Positions 51,875 through 60,339 of a stretch of 64,000 nucleotides of DNA are shown one piece after another. Below the pieces are notes generated by a model. It saw only the letters and a program-made list of their open reading frames with translations. It was not told the origin of the DNA and ran no database searches. The stretch is from an uncultured Actinomycetes bacterium. Lineage in GTDB: Bacteria; Actinomycetota; Acidimicrobiia; Acidimicrobiales; JACDEA01. The stretch is from positions 172,984-236,983 of the forward strand of contig CAVUMI010000005.1 of NCBI GenBank assembly GCA_963742585.1, written 5' to 3'. The number at the start of each line of letters is the position of its first letter. The first letter of the stretch is position 1. The position numbers and the translations under genes are program-made.

Positions 51875-51948
51875 CCGCGTTTCTCCGACTTCTGGACACT
51901 TAACGCCCTGGGAGGGCGCTAAGTGTCCAGAAGTCGGAGAAGACGCGG
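51875..51948. terminator. very long hairpin (34/35-nt arms, 5-nt loop) covering the stop codon of the upstream gene
   Basis: ccgcgtttctccgacttctggacacttaacgccc / tggga / gggcgctaagtgtccagaagtcggagaagacgcgg, with one mismatch and one bulge. The right arm encodes the last 12 codons of gene 51900..53588, and the stop TAA (51902-51900) sits in the left arm. Confidence 0.7.
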
Positions 51949-53588
51949 TAGCGGGCGGAGATGCCGGCCCAGACGGGAAGCGGCGCGAAGGCCGGGGGGG
52001 CGGCTTCGGTGTAGAAGCGGATCATCCAGTAGGGCAGCAGGAAGTCGGCGCCGGGCGAGGACCAGGTGGCGCCCTGATCGCCATCGAGGATCGACGGGTC
52101 CTTCTGCCACATGAAGTCGGCGCCCCTACGCAGCGCGACCGGCAGTGGGAAGCGAGCGCGCTTCTGCGCCGCCGACCCGGGAATGTTGATGGTGATCCGG
52201 CCGCCCGTGGGCAGTGGGATCAGCAGCTCGATGCGGTCCTGGGCCACGCATTCGATGGTGATGCCGCACTGCGGGCTGTTCAGTGTCTTGTTGGCTGACG
52301 CGTCGAGGCGGTCCTTGTAGTCCATCCACTGGCGGTGATGGAGGACGGCGTCGTTGAGTCGTGACACCTCGCCCGTGAGCGCGAACGTGAAGGCTTCGTA
52401 CAACGCGTTGATGTCATCGCCGGTCGTGGCGTCCATCACGCCGATGGCCCGGCGCATCTCGTCGCGCACCGTGCGATTGGGCTCGAGGCGGATGAGGTTG
52501 AACCCGGTGAGGAAGTTGAGGTGGAACTTGTAGTACGAGTCGTGCGGTTGCACGGCGTCGAGCTGCATCGAGCCCGACAGCTGCGGCAACGAGGTCACCA
52601 GCTGCCCGGCCCACACCGCCTCCCACTTCTGACGATCGGCCGCAGTTCCCACGTAGCGCGCCGCGTGGCGGGCCACCTGCACCATGTTCATCTGCGCTAT
52701 CGGCGTGTACACGAACAGCGGCGAGATGAAGTTGTCGAGGTCGTTGCCGCCGAAGACTTCGGGGATCACGACCGCGCCGTGTGGACGGGGCGTGGTCCAG
52801 AGCCACTTGTGGGCGAACGCCGTCATCGTCATCAGGTCGCGGCCGAGCATCTGGCGCATGGCGGGATCGTCGGGGCCGACAAGGTCGAACGCGGTGACCA
52901 TCCCGAACGTGGTTCCGGCGTACGCGTCGCGGCTGGTGCCGTCGAGGCAGTAGTACTGCTTGCCGTCGTCCCAGTTGAGCGGGCCGACGAGCCGGCCCCG
53001 GTTCGGGTCGCGGCCGACGTTGAGGGGGGCCGGCGCGGTGGTCGGGGTGCAGGCGCGGAACAGGAGGCCGGCCTCGCCCTGGAAGACGCCGCCGCCGAAG
53101 TCGATGTAGCCGTTGTCGGTGGGCTCGCGGTCGTCGCGGAGCCGCGGGTTGAACGTCGTCTTCCAGTTCTTCGAGATGTTGACCAGGATGTGGAACTGCT
53201 CGGCCATCGCCTTGACCCGGCTCAAGGCCTCGGCCTTTTGAGCGAGCCAGAAGGTGTCGGTGGGCGCGGCGGCGAGCTTGTGCTTGGCCAGTGCATACCG
53301 GAAGGCCTCGGCGCCGAGGTAGTTGCCGGTGTAGAGGGCCGAGTCGTTCTCGCCGACCAGCGTCGCGATGTCGCCCGGAATCCTCGCCGCGGTGCGGTAG
53401 TGCTGCTCGTGCACCTGCCCGTAGTGGAAGTGGTCGAGGATCCGGGCTTCCATGGCCAGGGCGTCAGCCAGGTCGACTGGGTTGTCCAGTGGCGTTGGGA
53501 TCGCGGCCCGGGCGGTGGGCACCGTTGCCGCGCCCAAAGCCACCGTCAGGACGGTAAGTAGCAGAATGCGACGAAATCTCACAAGCAC
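51900..53588 (-). CDS. secreted protein of unknown function (562 aa)
   Basis: GTG start with signal peptide ILLLTVLTVALGAATVPTARA. Long intact ORF with coding-like composition. I recognise no domain. Confidence 0.75.
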   Translation of the reverse strand: MLVRFRRILLLTVLTVALGAATVPTARAAIPTPLDNPVDLADALAMEARILDHFHYGQVHEQHYRTAARIPGDIATLVGENDSALYTGNYLGAEAFRYALAKHKLAAAPTDTFWLAQKAEALSRVKAMAEQFHILVNISKNWKTTFNPRLRDDREPTDNGYIDFGGGVFQGEAGLLFRACTPTTAPAPLNVGRDPNRGRLVGPLNWDDGKQYYCLDGTSRDAYAGTTFGMVTAFDLVGPDDPAMRQMLGRDLMTMTAFAHKWLWTTPRPHGAVVIPEVFGGNDLDNFISPLFVYTPIAQMNMVQVARHAARYVGTAADRQKWEAVWAGQLVTSLPQLSGSMQLDAVQPHDSYYKFHLNFLTGFNLIRLEPNRTVRDEMRRAIGVMDATTGDDINALYEAFTFALTGEVSRLNDAVLHHRQWMDYKDRLDASANKTLNSPQCGITIECVAQDRIELLIPLPTGGRITINIPGSAAQKRARFPLPVALRRGADFMWQKDPSILDGDQGATWSSPGADFLLPYWMIRFYTEAAPPAFAPLPVWAGISARYRVFSDFWTLSALPGR

Positions 53589-53591
53589 TGT

Positions 53592-54788
53592 TTACCGGCT
53601 GAGCGCTTCTGATGCATCGATCAGCGAGGTCACGCCGATCAGGGTGAGCCGGCTGTGGGTACCCGCGCCCAGTTGGTCGACGGGCAGCAGCATCAGAGCG
53701 GCACCGCCGTGGCGGGCTCCGACGATCTTCTCGGCGACGCTGCCTACTGGACCGACGCGGCCCGCGGCGTCGACCGTGCCGGTGGCGGCGACGTCGCGCC
53801 CTCGGGCCAGATCCTCCGGCCCGAGCAGGTCGCGCACGAGGAGCGCGTAGGCCAACCCGGCCGACGGCCCCACGATGTCCCGTCGCCGGAACTGCGCGGT
53901 GACCTGGAGCCCCGCGCCGTGGGCGGCCGCGGCCGCCGCGGTCATACGGCTGTCGTCGAAGGCGGCGCGGCCGGCGCGGTGGAGTGCGTCGCGGTCGACA
54001 CCTTGCCGCAGGGCCACGATGTCCCCGTCGCCGGTGAGCTTGGCCAGGCCGAGGGCGAGGAGGCTCGGGCGGCTCAGCCGCACTGGCGTCATCAGGTAGC
54101 GCCCGTTGAGCGGGTAGGTGGGCGCGCCCGTGATCGTGACGTCGTTGCTGATGTCGACGGCCGTACCGGGAGTGAGCATCACTACCGGTGGGTGGTAGCG
54201 GGCGGCCAGGGCCAGCAGCGCCACGACCACCGCGCCGGCGATCGCCCACGGGAGTAGCGACCGGCCCGTCCGCACCGGCGGCGCGGGCGCGCGGGCCACC
54301 GTGTGCGCGACGCGGGGCGTGGCTCGGATGGCGATGGGCGCGGCCGAAACGCGGGGCTTTGGCCGCGGCGGGGCAGGTGCGGCCGCCGCCAGCGCGCCGA
54401 GGGGGCCGGCGGCCAGCGCGGGGATGTCGCTGACCGCGCCCAGGATGTCGCGGGCGGACGCGACGAAGGCCCGCACATCGGTGCGGGCGCGTACGGTCGC
54501 AGTTTGCGGTCGCCGCAAGTGCAGCGCTTCAGTGCCGCAGAACCCGCCGGGGCCGACGGTGGTGCGGTCGCCGCTCAGTGTGATGACGTCGGCCTCGCCC
54601 TCCTCGATGAGAAAGAACCACCGGGCCAGCGGCGCCGCCTCAACTACGCGCGTGCCGGCCGGCACCTCGATCTCATCGAAGATGCGAGCAATGCGAACGA
54701 GCTCGGCGGGCCGGCAGCCCTTGAGGAGCGGTTGACGGCCAAGGCGAGCGAGCTTGGTGTCGCGCTGCGTGCTGGTGAGCACGGCCAT
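53592..54788 (-). CDS. cyclic-nucleotide-binding domain / TM helix / Lon-type S16 protease domain protein (YlbL-like without PDZ)
   Basis: N-terminal cNMP-binding fold ...FDEIEVPAGTRVVEAAPLARWFFLIEEGEADV...GPGGFCGTEAL...RTATVRA. TM helix LLPWAIAGAVVVALLALAA. C-terminal Lon_C with GPSAGLAYALL (Ser nucleophile) and ATGTVDAAGRVGPVGSVAEK (the GSVAEK Lys is the candidate dyad Lys). Confidence 0.8.
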   Translation of the reverse strand: MAVLTSTQRDTKLARLGRQPLLKGCRPAELVRIARIFDEIEVPAGTRVVEAAPLARWFFLIEEGEADVITLSGDRTTVGPGGFCGTEALHLRRPQTATVRARTDVRAFVASARDILGAVSDIPALAAGPLGALAAAAPAPPRPKPRVSAAPIAIRATPRVAHTVARAPAPPVRTGRSLLPWAIAGAVVVALLALAARYHPPVVMLTPGTAVDISNDVTITGAPTYPLNGRYLMTPVRLSRPSLLALGLAKLTGDGDIVALRQGVDRDALHRAGRAAFDDSRMTAAAAAAHGAGLQVTAQFRRRDIVGPSAGLAYALLVRDLLGPEDLARGRDVAATGTVDAAGRVGPVGSVAEKIVGARHGGAALMLLPVDQLGAGTHSRLTLIGVTSLIDASEALSR

Positions 54789-54818
54789 GCCCCGGCTCCT
54801 CTGGTCTTACTGCTCCTT

Positions 54819-56117
54819 CTATAAAAGGTACCCCGCCACCAGAAGTACCCCGGTCAGGAGATGCAAGCCGATGTTGGCCTGCATCGTCGGCATCAAGTCG
54901 TACGGTCGCTCGTAGTGCGCGGCCAGCCCGCGCTGCACCCGCAGGGCGAGCGGAATGGTGAGGAGCCCGAGCAGCGTCCACCGCGGCGTAGCGCCGGCTA
55001 TCGCGCCTGCGGCAATCAGCGCGTAGGCCAGTGCGGCCGCCACCCGGTAGCCGGTGACCACCTGGTGACGCGTCCATCGCACCGGCAGCGTGCGCTTCCC
55101 GACCACCGCGTCACCAGCCCGGTCGGGCACCTCGTTGAGGTAGAGGACGAGCGCGATGAACAGCGCGACCGGTAGCGAGATGAAGAGGGCTTCGCCCGAG
55201 AAGCGCTGCGCGCATACGTAGTACGTGCCGAGCGTGGTGACCGGGCCGAACCCGACAGCGGTCGTGACCTCGCCCAGGCCACGGTGCACGAGCCGAAGGG
55301 GTGGCGCGGAGTACGCCAGGCTGATGATCACGCCGACCGCGCCGATCGCCAGCAGGCCCCACCCGCGCGCCGCGGCCAGACCGAGGCCGATCGCCATACC
55401 GCCGATGTAACACGCGGCCGAAGCCCGGATCACCGCGCGGCGGGAGACCAGCCCGTATTGGAGAACGCGGGAGCCGCCGCTGAAGGGCGTCGGCGTTACG
55501 TTGGCTTTGTCGGCCCCGCTGGCGTCGTCGAACAGGTCGTTGGCCATGTTCAGCCCGAGGTGGATGAGGATCCCGCCCAGCATCGCCAGCAGGAACCAGC
55601 CCCACCCGAAGCGATGGTGATGGGCGGCAACGGCACCCCCCAACGCCACAGGAACGATGGTCGCGGTGAGGAACGGAAGCCGGGTAGTGAGGAAGAACGT
55701 CCAGAACGCCGAGAGACGCGGGCGGGCGCCCAACTCGCCCATGTAGCGGCGGGCCTCGTCGACGGTGCGCTCGGCATATTCGAAGAACGGCACCTCGGCC
55801 TCGTCCCAACCTGTCGCCTGCTCGACGGTCACCGTCAGCTGCCCACCGGCAACGGTGGCCCTACCCCAGCAGTTGACGTAGCGACGTTCGTCATAGCCGA
55901 TACCGGGTTGGGGCCGGATGTGGCTGAACAGCAGGCCGACCTCCTGGCCGTTCTCAGGCAAGACCGTTGCGGCCACCGGACCGACGACGATCTCGCGGCG
56001 CTCGGCGCGGGCCACGAACGGACCGGCCACCGAGAACGGGTAGCCGTCCTCGCCGACGAACGAGACCACCGCGTGGTCGAAGCCGGCCGCCTTGGCTACC
56101 GCGTCGACCGCATTCAT
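54819..56117 (-). CDS. PNPOx-like split-barrel domain fused to UbiA/MenA-type aromatic prenyltransferase
   Basis: ATG 56117 is ATGA-coupled to the upstream gene. The first ~170 aa are soluble and PNPOx-like. The multi-TM UbiA part has Asp-rich motifs NMANDLFDDASGAD and NEVPDRAGDAVVGKRT. Confidence 0.85.
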   Translation of the reverse strand: MNAVDAVAKAAGFDHAVVSFVGEDGYPFSVAGPFVARAERREIVVGPVAATVLPENGQEVGLLFSHIRPQPGIGYDERRYVNCWGRATVAGGQLTVTVEQATGWDEAEVPFFEYAERTVDEARRYMGELGARPRLSAFWTFFLTTRLPFLTATIVPVALGGAVAAHHHRFGWGWFLLAMLGGILIHLGLNMANDLFDDASGADKANVTPTPFSGGSRVLQYGLVSRRAVIRASAACYIGGMAIGLGLAAARGWGLLAIGAVGVIISLAYSAPPLRLVHRGLGEVTTAVGFGPVTTLGTYYVCAQRFSGEALFISLPVALFIALVLYLNEVPDRAGDAVVGKRTLPVRWTRHQVVTGYRVAAALAYALIAAGAIAGATPRWTLLGLLTIPLALRVQRGLAAHYERPYDLMPTMQANIGLHLLTGVLLVAGYLL

Positions 56118-56608
56118 CAGGCCGCCCCTTCCAGCTCGGTGACGCGCGGCGGAAGGTCGGTGCGACCGTCCTTCCAGAACGTGACGCGGCGCGGGACGAT
56201 CTCGATTACCGATCGTTCGAAGAACAGCGGGATCCCGAACCGCATCTTCACGAACTTGTCGATCACCGGTTCCTTGGCTCGCCACAACGGCAGGAGCCGC
56301 TCCCAGTCGGTGTGGAGGTCGCCGTCGAGCACGATGGCGTCACCCTGGATCGTCGCCCGGGCGAAGGGCTTGGCGGGGACGCCCACGGGATCGGTGAGGG
56401 CGACGCTCACCTTCGGGTTGGCCTTGATGTGGCGGAGCTTCTTGGAGAACAGCGCCGCCGACGTCATGTAGATGCGCGAGCCGTCGTACAAAGGGATCAG
56501 CGGGTAGCTAATCGGACGACCGCGGCCGTCGAGCACCGTCAGCTCGGCCACCAACGCAGCATCGAGCAGGGCGGCGACGGCCTCCGGCAACACACCTTCA
56601 GTGGCCAT
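56117..56608 (-). CDS. pyridoxamine 5'-phosphate oxidase-like (FMN/F420 split-barrel) family protein
   Basis: 163 aa. ...ELTVLDGRGRPISYPLIPLYDG...KLRHIKANPKVSVALTD... is typical of the fold. Confidence 0.8.
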   Translation of the reverse strand: MATEGVLPEAVAALLDAALVAELTVLDGRGRPISYPLIPLYDGSRIYMTSAALFSKKLRHIKANPKVSVALTDPVGVPAKPFARATIQGDAIVLDGDLHTDWERLLPLWRAKEPVIDKFVKMRFGIPLFFERSVIEIVPRRVTFWKDGRTDLPPRVTELEGAA

Positions 56609-56717
56609 TTCTAGACGCCATCCTTCGGATGGCAGAAATGGAGCATGCTCTGCCCATTGGCTCGTTCGCTGTCGCTCACTCGTGTGACGCTACCGCCGCG
56701 GCGCACATAATCGACAC

Positions 56718-58098
56718 GTGGACAGCGTCCTCAACACCCTCTCGAGCGTGGCCAGCCCGTGGGGCTACGTGCTGGTGGGGGTGCTGGCCATGCTCGAAAC
56801 CTCCGCGCTGGTCGGGCTGGCGGTTCCGGGCGAGACCGCCCTGTTGATCGGCGGCTTCCTGGCGTACCAGGGTAAGGCCAGCGTGGTCGGGATGGCGGCG
56901 GTGGCGACCCTCGGTGCGATCGTCGGCGACTCGATCGGCTACCAACTCGGCCGGCGTGTTGGACCGCGCCTTCGGGCCAGTGCCATGGGCCAGCGCGTCG
57001 GCGAGGCGCGCTCGGCTACGGGCCGAGGACTATCTGCGCCGCAAGGGCGGGCGGGCCGTTTTCCTCGGACGGTTCGTGGGCGTGCTGCGGGCGCTGGTCC
57101 CGATGATGGCCGGGCTGAGCCGCATGCCCTACCGCAAGTTCCTGGCTTGGACTGCTGCCGGCGGGCTCATTTGGGCGCCCTCGACGGTGCTCGTGGGGTA
57201 CGCGGCCGGCTCCTCGTATCGGCGCATCGAGCACATCGCCGGGCGGGCGACGCTGCTGGTGCTGGTCCTGCTGGCCATCGTGGTGGTGATCGTCGCGGCG
57301 GCGCGCTTCGCCGCCGCCCGCCAGCTCGACATTGCTGCGGCGCGCCAACGGTTCTTGGCCCGGCCGCGGGTGCAGCTGGTCGCCGATCGCTACGGCACCC
57401 AGCTCCGATTCTTCGCCGGCCGGTTCCGACCCGGCGCCGCTCTGGGTCTCTCCTACACCGTCGGGATCGTCGTGGCCATCGCGCTGGCGTGGGCCTTCGG
57501 CACCGCGGTCAACGACGTACTGGCCCGCGGCGAGCTGAGCCGGCTCGACGAGCCGGTGCGGGAGTTCTTCGGTCAGCGTCACGAGGAGTTCTTCACGCGC
57601 GCGCTCTATCCGATCGAACTACTCGGCAGCCTTCCGGTGTTGGCCGCCGCGGTGATCGGGTTCGCGGCGTGGACCATCGCGCGCCACCGCGACCCGCGCA
57701 CGCCGATCCTTCTCGCGGTCTGTCTCCTCGGCGCTGGCGGGGCGGCCCTGATCGTGCGCGCCCTGATCGACCGGCCCGGGCCGGACGGTGGGGTGTCGTC
57801 CTTCCCGTCGGTGACCGTCGCCGCCGCGGCAGCCTTCTTCGGGGGCGCCGCGGTGTTTGCCGGCGAGGGACGCGCGTGGCGGCGCCGGATCGGGCTGTAC
57901 GCGGTCGCCGTCCTCGCCGTTTCGCTGGTCGGCTTCACGACGCTCTATCTGGAGCGCGGCTGGCTCTCCGACGTGGTGGGCGGCCTCACCCTCGGCGCGC
58001 TGTCGATCGCCACCGTGTTCATCCCGGCCCGCACCCTCGGCTTCCGCCGCCCGCGCGTCACAGAACTGGAGCGGGTGTACGACCGTGGTCATACGTGA
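56718..58098 (+). pseudogene. DedA-family membrane protein fused to a degenerate PAP2-like domain; one +1 frameshift near 57010
   Basis: DedA core LETSALVGLAVPGETALLIGGFLA...GDSIGYQLGRR is in frame 0. ...YLRRKGGRAVFLGRFVGVLRALVPMMAG and the PAP2-like C-terminal half are in frame 1. The PAP2 motifs are degenerate (RALIDRPGP, FPSVTV instead of PSGH, ERGWLSD instead of SRxxxxxHxxxD). Confidence 0.75.
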
Positions 58099-58110
58099 GA
58101 GCGTGTGGTC

Positions 58111-58794
58111 ATGGCTGATGGTGCCCGCATCACGGTGACGGACGGCCCATATCTCTTGAGCGGAGACGTCCCACTGGTGCGGCGACGGATCGCGTATTCC
58201 GAGCACGGCGAACCGCTCACGATGGAGACCACCGCCACTGTCGACGGCGCCGCGTCGCCCGAGTCACCGGTGGCGCTCTGTCGCTGTGGTGGGTCGGAGA
58301 ACAAGCCGTTCTGCGACGGAACCCACACCCGGAACGCGTTCGATGGCGCAACTACCGCGCCGAGCACCACCTACGACGAGCGGCAGCGCACCTACGAGGC
58401 GACGGGCATCGTGATGCGCGACGACCGATCGGTGTGCTCGCACGCCGGCTTCTGCGGCAACCGGCTGACCAACGTGTGGAAGATGGCGCGAGGCGAGACA
58501 ACCGAAGACAGCATCGCTCGCCTACAGCTCATGGCGATGATCGAACGCTGTCCGTCGGGCGCGTTGACCTATCGCCTCGAACCCGACGGTGCCGACGTCG
58601 AACTGCCGCTACGGACCGAAGTGTGCGTCGTCGAGGACGGACCGCTGGCGACGACCGGACGCATCCCGGTCGAGCTACCCGACGGCACCGTCCTTGAGGC
58701 CCGCAATCGCCAGACGCTGTGCCGTTGTGGCACCTCGGCGAGCAAACCGTTCTGCGACGGGAGCCACAAGGAGGCCGGCTTCCACGACGGTTAG
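58111..58794 (+). CDS. CDGSH-type iron-sulfur domain protein with central mono-cluster 4Fe-4S-like motif
   Basis: Two CDGSH motifs (CRCGGSENKPFCDGTH and CRCGTSASKPFCDGSH) flank CSHAGFCGN...ERCPSGAL. Confidence 0.85.
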   Translation: MADGARITVTDGPYLLSGDVPLVRRRIAYSEHGEPLTMETTATVDGAASPESPVALCRCGGSENKPFCDGTHTRNAFDGATTAPSTTYDERQRTYEATGIVMRDDRSVCSHAGFCGNRLTNVWKMARGETTEDSIARLQLMAMIERCPSGALTYRLEPDGADVELPLRTEVCVVEDGPLATTGRIPVELPDGTVLEARNRQTLCRCGTSASKPFCDGSHKEAGFHDG

Positions 58795-59063
58795 TGACCC
58801 GGTGAACGCAGCAGGGTGCTCAGTAGGACGGCCTTGTCGGGGTCGGCCTCCGCGCCGAACGCCGACACCAGTACACCCTTGAGGTCCCACTCGGGCAGGC
58901 CGATGCCGAGGACGATCGCCTCGTCGGCCGGATCGGTCGGCCCTTCGAAGCGGAACGTGTAGTCGACGATCGCGGTGGACACCGGGTGGGTGCCGGCGAC
59001 CCGGTCGCAGGCCAGCCCGTCGGGAACCAGCCGGAGTTCGTCGCGGTATCCCTCCGCGGTCAA
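58791..59063 (-). CDS. small conserved hypothetical protein (90 aa)
   Basis: ...FRFEGPTDPADEAIVLGIGLPEWDLKGVLVSAFGAEADP... resembles a recurrent actinobacterial DUF. It is convergent with the CDGSH gene and overlaps it by 4 nt. Confidence 0.6.
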   Translation of the reverse strand: MTAEGYRDELRLVPDGLACDRVAGTHPVSTAIVDYTFRFEGPTDPADEAIVLGIGLPEWDLKGVLVSAFGAEADPDKAVLLSTLLRSPGH

Positions 59064-59107
59064 GAAGGCGACCGCGTCGGTGACCGTGTCCGGCGCGGGT
59101 GTGGCGG

Positions 59108-60288
59108 TCAGCGGAGCACCGCCGGCATGGCTTTGGCGCCCCGCACCAACGTGGACGCGGTGACTTCGGGTGGGCCGGCGAGCTCGTAGTCGGGGAAGCG
59201 GGCCAGCAGCTCCTCGAACACGATCCGCGTCTCGAGCCGGGCCAGGCTGGCGCCGAGGCAGAGGTGCTCACCGAACCCGAACGCGACGTGGGTTGTGTCG
59301 ACCGGTCGGGCCACATCGAAGCGGTCGGCGGTGGGCCCGAAGGCGGCTTCGTCGCGGTTGCCCGACGCGTAGAGCATCACGAGGAAGTCGCCGGCGGCGA
59401 TGGGCAGGCCGCCGATTTCGAGGTCGGCGGTGGCGGTGCGGCCGAAGGCCTGAATCGGTGTGACCCACCGCAGGAACTCTTCGACCGCGACCGGTAGGCC
59501 GGCCGGTGCACCGGCCAGCGCGGCTCGCTGATCGGGATGCTGCGCGAGAGCGTCGACCCCGCCGGAGATGAGGTGGCGCGTCGTCTCGTTCCCGGCCACC
59601 AGCAGCGTGATGCAGAACATCACCAGCTCGGCGCGCGTCAGGTCGGTGCTGACCAGGAGCGAGATGAGGTCGTCGCGGGGGTGCTCCTGGCGCTCGCCGA
59701 TGTACGCGTCGAGGAACTGGAACAGCTCGAGGGTGACCGCGAAGGTCTCCGGCGTGGGGTCGTCGCTGATTTCGATCATGGCGTCGGACCACCGGCGGAA
59801 GTCGGCCAAGTCGCCGTCGCCGAGCCCGAGCAATTCGGCGATCACCAGCACGGGGATGGGCACCGCGATCTGTCCGACCACGTCGATGACTTCGCTGCGG
59901 GGCAGCGCATCGAGGACGCCGATCACCTGTTGACGGACCCGCTCCTCGAGCTTGCCGACGGCCCGTGGCGTGAACTCGCGGTTGACGATCTTGCGGTAGT
60001 CGGCGTGGTCGGGCGGATCCATATGCAGGATCGAGCCCTCGATCTGCTGGGCATCGGGGCGGCGGGCCGGGTCGTTGATCAACACGCCGTGCGCCGATGA
60101 GAAGCGGGCCGGGTCGCGGCTGATGGCGCGGATGTCGTCGTAGCGGGTGATGAGCCACGTGCCGGGCTCGGAGGGAAATACCGGCGCCTCGTCGCGGAGC
60201 GTGGCCAGGGTGCTGAAGTAGTCGGGGTCGAGGAAGAAACCCGGCTTGGTGATGTCGATCTGGATACCCGTGGCAGCGATACGGCCAT
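59108..60288 (-). pseudogene. cytochrome P450 whose ATG is out of frame with the body (1-nt deletion near the start, or non-canonical start)
   Basis: Heme loop FGFGEHLCLGASLAR, I-helix LLVAGNETTRH and EEFLRW. The conserved N-terminus IQIDITKPGFFLDPDYF...WLITRYDDIRAISRDP is in frame from TAG 60292-60290 but has no ATG/GTG/TTG before GTG 60085. ATG 60288 is in the neighbouring frame. Confidence 0.8.
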
Positions 60289-60339
60289 GCTACGAGAGGG
60301 AGTCGGAGGCGGAGACGGAGACGACCGTAGGGTAGGGAG

